Part shown: in pieces, positions 7,931-16,054 of the stretch | Numbering within the stretch: the first letter of the stretch is position 1 | Layout: each line of letters opens with the position of its first letter | Assembly: GCA_031364845.1 (NCBI GenBank) | Contig: JANLWX010000053.1 | Coordinates: 1-22,751, forward strand | Direction: 5' to 3' | DNA length: 22,751 bases | Source of the DNA: Candidatus Eiseniibacteriota bacterium | GTDB taxonomy: Bacteria > Eisenbacteria > RBG-16-71-46 | Translations under genes and position numbers: made by a program | Notes under the pieces: generated by a model | Told to the model about the DNA's origin: nothing | The model's input: only the letters and a program-made list of their open reading frames with translations | Database searches by the model: none

Positions 7931-9640
7931 GTGCCGGGGGCCGTCGCCGTCGCTCTGGCGCTCGCCGCGTACCTGATCGCCGCGTGGGGCTACGCGCTGC
8001 CGATGTCGCTCATCAGCGACGATTGGCAGATCCTCGCGAGAGTCCGTGACGCGTCGTTCCCCGAACTGTGGGGCGGGCAGGATCTGTTGTGGCGCTGGTG
8101 GCGTCCGTGGTCACGCGAGCTGCACTTCTGGACGCTGTTCCGCGCGGCGGGGCCCAACCCGATCGTGTTCCACGCCGCGGGCTTCGCGCTGTGGCTCGTC
8201 GTGTTCGCGGAGTTCCACGCGCTCGCCCGCCGCGCCGCCGGCGACCGCGTCGCGGCACTCTCGTGCGCGGGGCTCGCCGCTCTCGCGGCATGGTCGGGCA
8301 CGCTGTTGTGGGCGGCGGGTGCTCAGGATCTGTGGATGCTGGCGTGGGTGCTCGCGTTCCTGCTGGGGTTCGCGACTCGCCGCACTGTGCTCGCGCTCGT
8401 CGCGTTCGCGGGAGCGCTGCTCAGCAAGGAGACGGCAGCCGTCGCGCCCGGCCTTGCGCTCGCGTGGGCGATGCTCGTGGAGCGCGAGCGTTTCGCCGCG
8501 GCACTGCGTCGCATCGCGCCCGCGCTTGTGCTGGGCACCGCGTGGTTCTTCGCACACCCGACGCTGCGCGAGCGGCTACTGGAACCTGAACGCCTCGGCG
8601 TCGAGTTCGCGACCCAATCGGCGCCCGCGCCGGTCGTGGTCGCGAAGACGCTGCTCGCCGCGTTCAATCTCCAATACGTTCCGAATCCCGAACCCGGCTG
8701 GGTCTCCGCGCTGGTTCCCGCGTTGCCCGCGATCGCGATCGCCACGGCCATCGCGGCATGGGCGGTGATCGGGCGCGAGTCGGGCACGGATCACGCACCG
8801 CCGAGTCTCGCGGCCGCGCGGCCCGCGGCGTTCGGGGTGGCGTGGGCGGCGATCGCATGGGTTCCGCTGCTGCTGCCGTCGATCGACTGGCACGACTACT
8901 ACGGTCTGCTGGGGGCGATGGGGGCGTGGCTCGCGCTTGCGACGGTGCTCGCCGGTGTGCCCCCGCTCGCGATCGCGGCGGTGTTCGTGGTCGCCACGTT
9001 GCAGCCCGTGCAGGCCAACACGAAGGTCTGGAGCTTCAGTGCCGCCTACTATCAACGCCGCCAGGCATACTTTGTCGGCCGCCTGCGGACGGAGCTGCTT
9101 CGCATCCATCCGCGACTGCCCTCGCATGCGCGCCTTCACTTCGCGCACGTACCGAACAGCATCGGTCTCGGCTACGCATGGTTCAGCCCGGCGTTCAGCG
9201 TCTGGTATTCGGACTCCACGATTCGCGGAGAGTTCTGGTCCTCGTACCGGCCGCGCGCGGCGGAAGCGCAGGCGGCTCCGGACTACTTCTTTCGCTACGA
9301 CAGCACGAGTGGACGGTGGACCGAAGTCGTGAAGGGGTCCGAGGACATCGCCGCCGCGCGTGCGGCAAACCCGCGCTGGCGCGACGATCATCGCGAGCTG
9401 GCGGCGCTATTCGCGCGCGCCGAAGACTGGACGGCGACGGCGGGCGAATACGCGAAGCTCCACGACGCGTATCCAGACAGCATCGGGTTCGCGTTCGACG
9501 CCGCGATCGCGAGCGAGGTCGCGGGCGACTATGCGGCGGCCGCGCGCGCGTACGCCCGCGTGCTTGTGTCGCCGCACTCGAACGACGACCAACGATCCTT
9601 CGCCCTGGAATTCAACAAGCGCGCGGGCCGCCGCCGATGA
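7931..9640 (+). CDS. Multi-pass membrane protein, GT-C/TMTC-like putative glycosyltransferase with TPR-like C-terminus (paralog 1)
   Basis: 3' part of ORF 7328..9640; the start (GTG 7931) is uncertain. TM1 is followed by SDDW, then WRP, FH and LLSKE motifs, about 10 or more TM helices, a soluble domain and helical repeats (ELAALFARAEDW...AGDYAAAARAY). Confidence 0.65.
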   Translation: MPGAVAVALALAAYLIAAWGYALPMSLISDDWQILARVRDASFPELWGGQDLLWRWWRPWSRELHFWTLFRAAGPNPIVFHAAGFALWLVVFAEFHALARRAAGDRVAALSCAGLAALAAWSGTLLWAAGAQDLWMLAWVLAFLLGFATRRTVLALVAFAGALLSKETAAVAPGLALAWAMLVERERFAAALRRIAPALVLGTAWFFAHPTLRERLLEPERLGVEFATQSAPAPVVVAKTLLAAFNLQYVPNPEPGWVSALVPALPAIAIATAIAAWAVIGRESGTDHAPPSLAAARPAAFGVAWAAIAWVPLLLPSIDWHDYYGLLGAMGAWLALATVLAGVPPLAIAAVFVVATLQPVQANTKVWSFSAAYYQRRQAYFVGRLRTELLRIHPRLPSHARLHFAHVPNSIGLGYAWFSPAFSVWYSDSTIRGEFWSSYRPRAAEAQAAPDYFFRYDSTSGRWTEVVKGSEDIAAARAANPRWRDDHRELAALFARAEDWTATAGEYAKLHDAYPDSIGFAFDAAIASEVAGDYAAAARAYARVLVSPHSNDDQRSFALEFNKRAGRRR

Positions 9641-11424
9641 CTCCGCGCGCGCCGCTCCGTGAGCCCGGGTTCGTTGCCGTGCTGGTTCTGACGGCGATCG
9701 CGCTGCTGATGTACTGGGGCTACGCCCTGCGGATCCCGTTCATCAACGACGACTATGTGTTTCTCGATGCCGTCCGCACGCGATCGTTCTTCTCGCTGCT
9801 GGGGTTCGAGCACCTTGCGTTCGGCTGGTGGCGTCCGTGGTCGCGCGAGTTGCACTACGCGCTGATCCAGCGCGTGTTCGGCGCGCGTGAGTTGCCGTTT
9901 CACGTCGCGAGTTTCGCGCTCGCGCTCGGAGTATTCGCCGCCTACTTCGCGCTCGTGCATCGCGCCGCGGGAGCGCGGGTTGCGGGCGTTGCGTGCGCGG
10001 GGGTCGCCGCGCTCGCGGCGTGGGCGGTGCCGCTCATGTGGATCGCGGGGGCGCAGGAGCTGTGGATGCTGTTGTTCGCGCTGCTGACGGTGTACGCGTT
10101 CACGTTCGGCAGCGCGGGATGGGCCACGGTTGCGCTGATCGGCGCGCTGCTGTCGAAGGAGACGGCCGCGGTCGTGCCCGCGATCGCGATCGGGGGAGCG
10201 GTTGCAATCCGCCGCATGTCCGCGCGCGCGCTGCTCGTGCGCGCGCTGCCGCTCGCGGTGGTCGTCGTGGCATGGGCGATGGTCCATCCCGCGCTCGGCG
10301 GGCGGATGCGATCGGGATCGGACGCGGGTTCCCACACCGTGGCGCGCGCGGACTCGGCGACCGCGCCCGCCACCGCGCCGCGCGTCGAGGCGCCGGTGGA
10401 GTTCGCGAACGTGCTGACACGCACCCTTGCGGTGCCGTTCAATCTCGATCATCCGCTCGCACCGGAGCGCGGCTGGACTCCGATCGCGGTGCGCGCACTG
10501 CCGTCGTTGATCGTGCTCGCGCTGCTCGCGGCATGGGCGACACGCAAAGCGCCCGTGCTTTCGAACGCCAGCACGGGGACCGAAGGCAGCGATCGAAGTC
10601 CGCGCCACCGGATCATCGCGTTCGGCGGGGCCTGGGCGCTGTGCGGATGGCTTCCCATGCTGTGGCCGGCGCTCGGCTGGCATGCGTACTACACGCTGCT
10701 CGGCGCGCTCGGGGCGTGGATCGCGCTCGCCGCGGCACTCGCGGATCATCGCCGCATCGCGATCGTGCTGATCGCCGCACTCGCCATGTTGCGCGCGGCG
10801 CAGGGTGCCACGCCTTCGCTCGACTGGGGCAGCGAGTGGTATCAGGCTCGCGCGGCGTCGTTCCTCGAGTTCATGCGCGACGACCTGCGCCGCAAGCTGC
10901 CGGTGACTCCGCGCCACGCGCGCCTGTTCTTCTTCGACGTGCCGAGCAACGTCGGATTCATGACCGAAGGCGGACCCGCGCTACGCGTGTGGTATCGCGA
11001 TCCGACGGTGAGTGGCGGCTACCTCGGCCAGTGGGCTCCGCGCGCCGGGAACGCGCCCGCGGGCCCGGATCTGTTCTTCCGCTACGACAGCACCGCCGGC
11101 TGGATCGGGATCGCGACCGGGCCCGAGGACACCGCCGCCGCGCGGCGCACGAATCCGCGCTGGAGCGCGGACCATCGCGAACTCGCCGCCGCGTTCGCGA
11201 GGGCGCGCGCATGGCGCGAGGCGGGAGCGGAGTATGCGCGGATCGCGGCCACGGAGAACGGTGCTCCCGAAACCGCCGCCGACGCCGCGGTATGCTTCGC
11301 GATGGCCGGGGATTCGGTGGCGGCCGCGCGCTGGTTCGAACTCGCGGCGCGGGCGCCGGATGCCGATGACGACATCAGGCGATTCGCGCGGGAGTTCGCG
11401 CGGCATCTGAGATCCGGGCCTTGA
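9637..11424 (+). CDS. Multi-pass membrane protein, GT-C/TMTC-like putative glycosyltransferase with TPR-like C-terminus (paralog 2)
   Basis: ATG 9637 overlaps the paralog 1 stop (ATGA). NDDY, WWRPWSRELH, FH, AGAQELWM, LLSKETAAV, PDLFFRYDST, NPRW..DHRELAA are collinear with paralog 1. Confidence 0.7.
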   Translation: MTPRAPLREPGFVAVLVLTAIALLMYWGYALRIPFINDDYVFLDAVRTRSFFSLLGFEHLAFGWWRPWSRELHYALIQRVFGARELPFHVASFALALGVFAAYFALVHRAAGARVAGVACAGVAALAAWAVPLMWIAGAQELWMLLFALLTVYAFTFGSAGWATVALIGALLSKETAAVVPAIAIGGAVAIRRMSARALLVRALPLAVVVVAWAMVHPALGGRMRSGSDAGSHTVARADSATAPATAPRVEAPVEFANVLTRTLAVPFNLDHPLAPERGWTPIAVRALPSLIVLALLAAWATRKAPVLSNASTGTEGSDRSPRHRIIAFGGAWALCGWLPMLWPALGWHAYYTLLGALGAWIALAAALADHRRIAIVLIAALAMLRAAQGATPSLDWGSEWYQARAASFLEFMRDDLRRKLPVTPRHARLFFFDVPSNVGFMTEGGPALRVWYRDPTVSGGYLGQWAPRAGNAPAGPDLFFRYDSTAGWIGIATGPEDTAAARRTNPRWSADHRELAAAFARARAWREAGAEYARIAATENGAPETAADAAVCFAMAGDSVAAARWFELAARAPDADDDIRRFAREFARHLRSGP

Positions 11425-11500
11425 ATCGATTGTCAGCATGTGGCTTGCGAAGGCCGTCCGATCCGCGACCGGCCTTGCGGGTTCGAAGGGAATCGAGACC

Positions 11501-13096
11501 ATGGGAAAGATGATCCAGTTCGACGACCAGGCCCGTGAGGCGATGCGTCGCGGCGTCGATCAGCTCGCCGGGGCCGTGCGGGTCACGCTCGGACCGCGCG
11601 GCAGGAACGTGGTGATCGACCGGCTCAACGGCACGCCCACGATCACGAACGACGGCTTCACGATCGCGCGCGAGATCGAGCTCGCCGATCCGTTCGAGAA
11701 CATGGGTGCCCAGCTCGTGCGCGAAGTCGCCGTCAAGACCGGCGAGGTCGCGGGCGACGGCACCACCACCGCGACCATTCTCGCCCACAGCATCGTGAGC
11801 CGCGGCCTGCAGGCGATCGCGGCGGGCAACAATCCGATGGCGGTGAAACGCGGCATCGATCGCGCGGTCACCGCCGTGGTCGCGGAACTGGCGCGCACCG
11901 CGCGCACCGTGCGCGACCGCAACGACCTGCTGCAAGTCGCGCGCGTGAGCGCGAACGAGGACGCGATCGGCGACATGATCGCCGAAGCGATGGACCGCGT
12001 CGGCAGCAGCGGCGTGATCACGATCGAGGACGGCCGCGGCATGAAGGACACGCTCGAAGTCGTCGAGGGCCTGCGCATCAGCCGCGGATATCTGTCGCCG
12101 TACTTCGTGACCGATCCCGCCAACATGGAAGTCGTGCTCGAGAACCCGTTGGTGCTCCTGACCGAGCTGCGCATCACCGCGGCGCAGGAGGTGCTCGGTG
12201 TGCTCGAACATGCGGTCCAGGCTGGCCGGCCTTTGTTGATCGTCGCCGACGATGTCGAAGGCGAAGCGCTCGCCACGCTGGTCGTCAATCGCCTGCGCGG
12301 CACCGCGCACTGTGTCGCGGTGCGTGCGCCCGAAGCCGGGGATCGCCGCCGCGCGCTGCTCGACGACATCGCGGTGCTGACCGGCGCCACGGTCGTCACG
12401 CGTGAACTCGGCCGCACGCTCGAACGCTTCGAGCCCGCGGACCTCGGGCGCGCGAAGCGCGTGCGCGTCGACAGCGAGACCACGACCGTGATCGAAGGCG
12501 GCGGGTCGTCGAAGGCGATTCGCGCGCGGCTCACGCTGCTCGAGAAGTCGCTCGCCGCGTGCGATTCGGAATACGACCGCGACGAATTGCGCCAGCGGAT
12601 CGCGCGCGTGAGCGGCGGCATCGCCGTCATTCGCGTGGGCGCGCCGACTGAACTCGAGCAGAGCGAACGCCGCGGGCGGTTCGACGATGCGCTCGCCGCG
12701 ACGCGCTCGGCGGTCGAGGAAGGTGTGGTCACCGGCGGCGGCGTTGCACTGCTGCGCGCGCAGTCCGTGCTCGATGCGATGGTGGCGAAAGGCGACGAAG
12801 CGGTCGGCATCGCGATCGTGCGTCACGCGCTGGAGCAGCCCGCGCGTCAGATCGCCGAGAATGCGGGCGAGCCCGGCGGCGTGGTGATCGAACGCATCCG
12901 GGAAGGCAAGGGCGCGTTCGGCTACGACGCGCTGGCCGGCGCGTACTCGGATCTCGACGTGGCCGGCATCGTCGACGCCGCCAAGGTGACGCGCTGCGCG
13001 CTGCAGAACGCCGCGAGCATCGGCACGCTGATGCTCACGACGGATGCGGTGGTCGTGGACGCGCCGGGCGATGACGAGTCGCCGCCCGAGGAGTAG
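11501..13096 (+). CDS. groL: Chaperonin GroEL (Cpn60), divergent stand-alone paralog
   Basis: ATG 11501 after AAGGGA. VTLGPRGRNV, TNDG, AGDGTTTAT, RGYLSPYF, EGEALATLVVN, DAL.ATR.AVEEG, GGG, ALQNAAS. No groES upstream and no GGM tail. Confidence 0.93.
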   Translation: MGKMIQFDDQAREAMRRGVDQLAGAVRVTLGPRGRNVVIDRLNGTPTITNDGFTIAREIELADPFENMGAQLVREVAVKTGEVAGDGTTTATILAHSIVSRGLQAIAAGNNPMAVKRGIDRAVTAVVAELARTARTVRDRNDLLQVARVSANEDAIGDMIAEAMDRVGSSGVITIEDGRGMKDTLEVVEGLRISRGYLSPYFVTDPANMEVVLENPLVLLTELRITAAQEVLGVLEHAVQAGRPLLIVADDVEGEALATLVVNRLRGTAHCVAVRAPEAGDRRRALLDDIAVLTGATVVTRELGRTLERFEPADLGRAKRVRVDSETTTVIEGGGSSKAIRARLTLLEKSLAACDSEYDRDELRQRIARVSGGIAVIRVGAPTELEQSERRGRFDDALAATRSAVEEGVVTGGGVALLRAQSVLDAMVAKGDEAVGIAIVRHALEQPARQIAENAGEPGGVVIERIREGKGAFGYDALAGAYSDLDVAGIVDAAKVTRCALQNAASIGTLMLTTDAVVVDAPGDDESPPEE

Positions 13097-13171
13097 CGTT
13101 TCCAGGGTCCGGGTGTACCTTCCATGCGCTCGCGGGGATGACGACAGCTCCGCGACTACAGGGAGGACGAC

Positions 13172-13351
13172 TTGAGAAAGCTCGCACCCGTACTGGGACT
13201 GATCGCCGGAGCGCTCGCGTGGACGGCCGCGGCCATCACGTATTTCAGAACCGGCGCCATCAAGTGGGAACTCATCGCCGCCGGGGTATTCGTTGCGGCG
13301 ATGTCGTTTGCCGGACAGGGGAAGCCCAAGGATCCGCCCGCCGCAAAGTGA
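13172..13351 (+). CDS. Small membrane protein (59 aa, two hydrophobic segments)
   Basis: GGAGG RBS (13162-13166) then TTG 13172: MRKLAPVLGLIAGALAWTAAAITYFRTGAIKWELIAAGVFVAAMSFAGQGKPKDPPAAK*. Just under the shortest ORF in the track (60 aa). Confidence 0.7.
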   Translation: MRKLAPVLGLIAGALAWTAAAITYFRTGAIKWELIAAGVFVAAMSFAGQGKPKDPPAAK

Positions 13352-13415
13352 TGGCCGCCGCTAAGGTCGGCCGGCTCTGGCTCTCCGGCAATCCGAGCGG
13401 TCGCGTGAACGGAAA

Positions 13416-13444
13416 TTGACCACCCACACCAGCGCCCACATACT
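13416..13444 (+). promoter_or_regulatory. Putative sigma70-type promoter TTGACC-N17-CATACT for the kelch gene
   Basis: TTGACC 13416-13421, 17-nt spacer, CATACT 13439-13444, about 95 nt before the ATG at 13538. Confidence 0.5.
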
Positions 13445-13537
13445 TGTCCTTGGACGGACCCATGGGCTTCGCGCCACGACCAGCCGGAGATGGGCGCGCC
13501 GGAAGCGTTCTTGTCAGCCATTGGGGAGGGCATTGCC

Positions 13538-16054
13538 ATGAATATGCGCAATCTCGCCACGGCGCTCCTTGTTCTTGCTTTATCAGGAACGACGTCTGTG
13601 CTGCCGGTCTGCGCCGACGCGCGCGAAGTGCAGGCGGAGGTGGGGCCAGCCATGACGTTCGAGCGCAGCGGCGCTCTGGAAATGGCGGCCGCCGACCTCA
13701 CGCTTCCCCCCTGGCAGCGCGAGATCATGCGTTCGATTGCGCAAAGGACGCCGGGGCACGGGGCAGATTCACAGTCGAGCATCACGGACAGTTTCTCACC
13801 ACAGCGCATCGTGACCTCGAGCGATGACGGCGCGTGGCTAGGGTTATTTCCGACGGGACGCACGCGCCACACCGCGATCTATGACCCGGTGCGGGATCGG
13901 ATGGTGGTGTTCGGCGGGTGGGAGGGCAGGGGCAGCGCACCCTATCTCGGTGACGTGTGGGAGTTGACCCTTTCGGGCAGCCCCGAGTGGAGGATGCTGA
14001 CCCCATCGGGTAGCCCGCCGTCGGGACGCTTTGGGCACTCGGCGATCTACGATCCCGTGCGGGATCGGATGGTGGTGTTCGGCGGCGCCGAGGGCGGCGT
14101 CTTCCGCAATGACGTATGGGCGATGACGCTGTCCGGCAGTCCCGCATGGAGCGCGCTGGCTCCATTGGGGAGCCCGCCACCCGGACGCCTCGGACACAGC
14201 GCGATCTATGACCCGGGTCGCGACCAGATGTTGGTGTTTGGTGGGACCGATGACCTCACCTATCGCAACGACGTGTGGGCGCTGACGCTGTCAGGGACTC
14301 CTGCGTGGATCGCGCTGACCCCAGTGGGCAGCCCACCGTCGGGACGCGAGGGGCACTCTGCGATCTACGATCCCGTGCGGGATCGCATGATGGTATTCGG
14401 CGGCAGTGATGAAAGCACTCATCGCAACGGTTCGTGGGCCCTGACTCTCTCGGGTGTCCCGGTGTGGAGCGCGCTGGCCCCCATCGGAACTCCCCCACCG
14501 GGACTCTCGCGACACAGCGCGATCTACGACCCGGTTCGCGATCGTATGGTGGTGTTCGGTGGTCGCGGTGGTGGAGTCCCAAACTACCCTCTCGACGGCG
14601 TGTGGGTTCTGACGTTTTCGGGGACACCGGCGTGGAATGAGCTGGCGCCAACCGGAGGCCCGCCGCGGGGCCGCGCTGGTCACACCGCGTTTTACGACCC
14701 GGTGCGAGACCGAATGGTGATGTTCGCCGGGGATGGCAACGACTTCTGCGGCAACGACGTGTGGGCAATGTCGTTGTCCGCGAGTCCGGCGTGGAGCGCT
14801 CTGCCGCCATCGGCTGGCTCGCCATCGGGACTCTCTTCGCCCGCGATCATCTACGACCCGGTGAGGGACCGCATGCTCGTGTTCGGCGGGTATGGTGCCG
14901 GCATCTATCGCAACGACGTGTGGGCGCTGACGCTGTCTGGGAATCCGGCGTGGAGCGCGCTAACGCCTTCGGGGAGCCCGCCCGTGGGGCGCTTGAGTCA
15001 CAATGCGATCTACGATCCGCTGCGGGACCGGATGGTGGTGTTCGGCGGCGCCTCCAATGGCAGCTATCACAACGACGTGTGGGCGCTGACGCTGTCGGGA
15101 ACTCCGGCATGGAGCCCGCTGACGCCGTCGGGGACTCCGCCAACAGGGCGCTCCGGGCATGCGGCGATCTACGACCCGGTTCGGGACCGGATGGTCGTGT
15201 TCGGCGGGGCGGTTGGCAGTTCGTCCTATCGTAACGACGTGTGGGCGCTGACGCTTTCGGGGAGCCCGGCGTGGAGCGCGCTGACTCCGGCGGGAAGTAT
15301 CCCGCCCGAACTCTTCAACCACACGGCGATCTACGACCCGGCTCGGGACCGGATGATCGTATTCGGCGGGGGCGAGAGCACCACATCGTATCGCAATGAC
15401 GTGTGGGCGTTGACGCTGTCGGGGGGCTCCGCATGGAGCAAGCTGGCCACACTGGGGAGTCCGCCGACCGGTCGCATCGGGCACGCGGCGACCTATGATC
15501 CCGTGCGAGACCGAATGGTGGTGTTCGCCGGGTATGATGGTCCCGCCTCCTATCGCAACGATGTATGGGCGTTGACTCTGTCGGGGAGCCCGGCGTGGTG
15601 CGCGCTGATTCCAACGGGGACGGCACCGTCGAGACGCGTTACGCGCGCGATCTACGACCCGGAGCGAGACCAGATGGTCGTGTTCGGAGGGTCCGGTGCC
15701 AGTGCCGATCAGAATGATGTGTGGGCGCTCGGCTGGAACCATCAGGTCAACGACGTGACGGCGCTGAATCCTCCGTTCCGGACATTCCTCCACCCCGCGC
15801 GGCCCAACCCGGGCCACTCAAGAGTCGACGTCCGTTACGAGATCGCAAGCGACGATCAGGTCCGGCTGGAAGTCCTCGACATTCAAGGGCGAGTCACGCG
15901 GCGGCTGCGACACGGCATCCACGCCGCGGGCAGCCATTCAGTCGTGTTCGATCGTCGCGATGACCGAGGACGGTATCTGCCAGCCGGCATGTACCTGGTT
16001 CGACTGCAAACACGCAACGAAACCAGAACCTCGAGGATCGTGCTGCTTCCTTAG
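13538..16054 (+). CDS. Secreted kelch-repeat (12-blade, probably double beta-propeller) protein with C-terminal FlgD-Ig/T9SS-CTD-like domain
   Basis: ATG 13538 after GGGAGG. Signal peptide MNMRNLATALLVLALSG.... Twelve repeats of GRxxHxAIYDPVRDRMVVFGG-loop-NDVWALTLSGxPAWxxLxPxGxPP. Tail PARPNP...LDIQGR...AGSHSV.FD...PAGMYLVRL. Confidence 0.9.
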   Translation: MNMRNLATALLVLALSGTTSVLPVCADAREVQAEVGPAMTFERSGALEMAAADLTLPPWQREIMRSIAQRTPGHGADSQSSITDSFSPQRIVTSSDDGAWLGLFPTGRTRHTAIYDPVRDRMVVFGGWEGRGSAPYLGDVWELTLSGSPEWRMLTPSGSPPSGRFGHSAIYDPVRDRMVVFGGAEGGVFRNDVWAMTLSGSPAWSALAPLGSPPPGRLGHSAIYDPGRDQMLVFGGTDDLTYRNDVWALTLSGTPAWIALTPVGSPPSGREGHSAIYDPVRDRMMVFGGSDESTHRNGSWALTLSGVPVWSALAPIGTPPPGLSRHSAIYDPVRDRMVVFGGRGGGVPNYPLDGVWVLTFSGTPAWNELAPTGGPPRGRAGHTAFYDPVRDRMVMFAGDGNDFCGNDVWAMSLSASPAWSALPPSAGSPSGLSSPAIIYDPVRDRMLVFGGYGAGIYRNDVWALTLSGNPAWSALTPSGSPPVGRLSHNAIYDPLRDRMVVFGGASNGSYHNDVWALTLSGTPAWSPLTPSGTPPTGRSGHAAIYDPVRDRMVVFGGAVGSSSYRNDVWALTLSGSPAWSALTPAGSIPPELFNHTAIYDPARDRMIVFGGGESTTSYRNDVWALTLSGGSAWSKLATLGSPPTGRIGHAATYDPVRDRMVVFAGYDGPASYRNDVWALTLSGSPAWCALIPTGTAPSRRVTRAIYDPERDQMVVFGGSGASADQNDVWALGWNHQVNDVTALNPPFRTFLHPARPNPGHSRVDVRYEIASDDQVRLEVLDIQGRVTRRLRHGIHAAGSHSVVFDRRDDRGRYLPAGMYLVRLQTRNETRTSRIVLLP
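13856..15736 (+). repeat. Twelve tandem intragenic repeats of about 159-168 bp (kelch blades)
   Basis: Recurrent gcgatctacgacccggt.cgggaccggatggtggtgttcggcgg and aacgacgtgtgggcgctgacgctgtcggg blocks, all in frame, with much third-position variation. Confidence 0.9.

Noticed and set aside
11425..11500. CIRCE element or small groES upstream of groEL
   Set aside because: No TTAGCACTC-N9-GAGTGCTAA, and 76 nt cannot encode GroES.
13351..13419. 22-codon ORF MAAAKVGRLWLSGNPSGRVNGN overlapping the microprotein stop
   Set aside because: No RBS or recognisable features, and it ends inside the putative kelch promoter. Insufficient support.
13856..15736. Repeat-plus-variable-segment pattern as a CRISPR array or DGR target
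   Set aside because: Repeats are about 160 bp, in frame, degenerate at third positions and encode kelch blades. No cas genes, reverse transcriptase or template repeat in the window.
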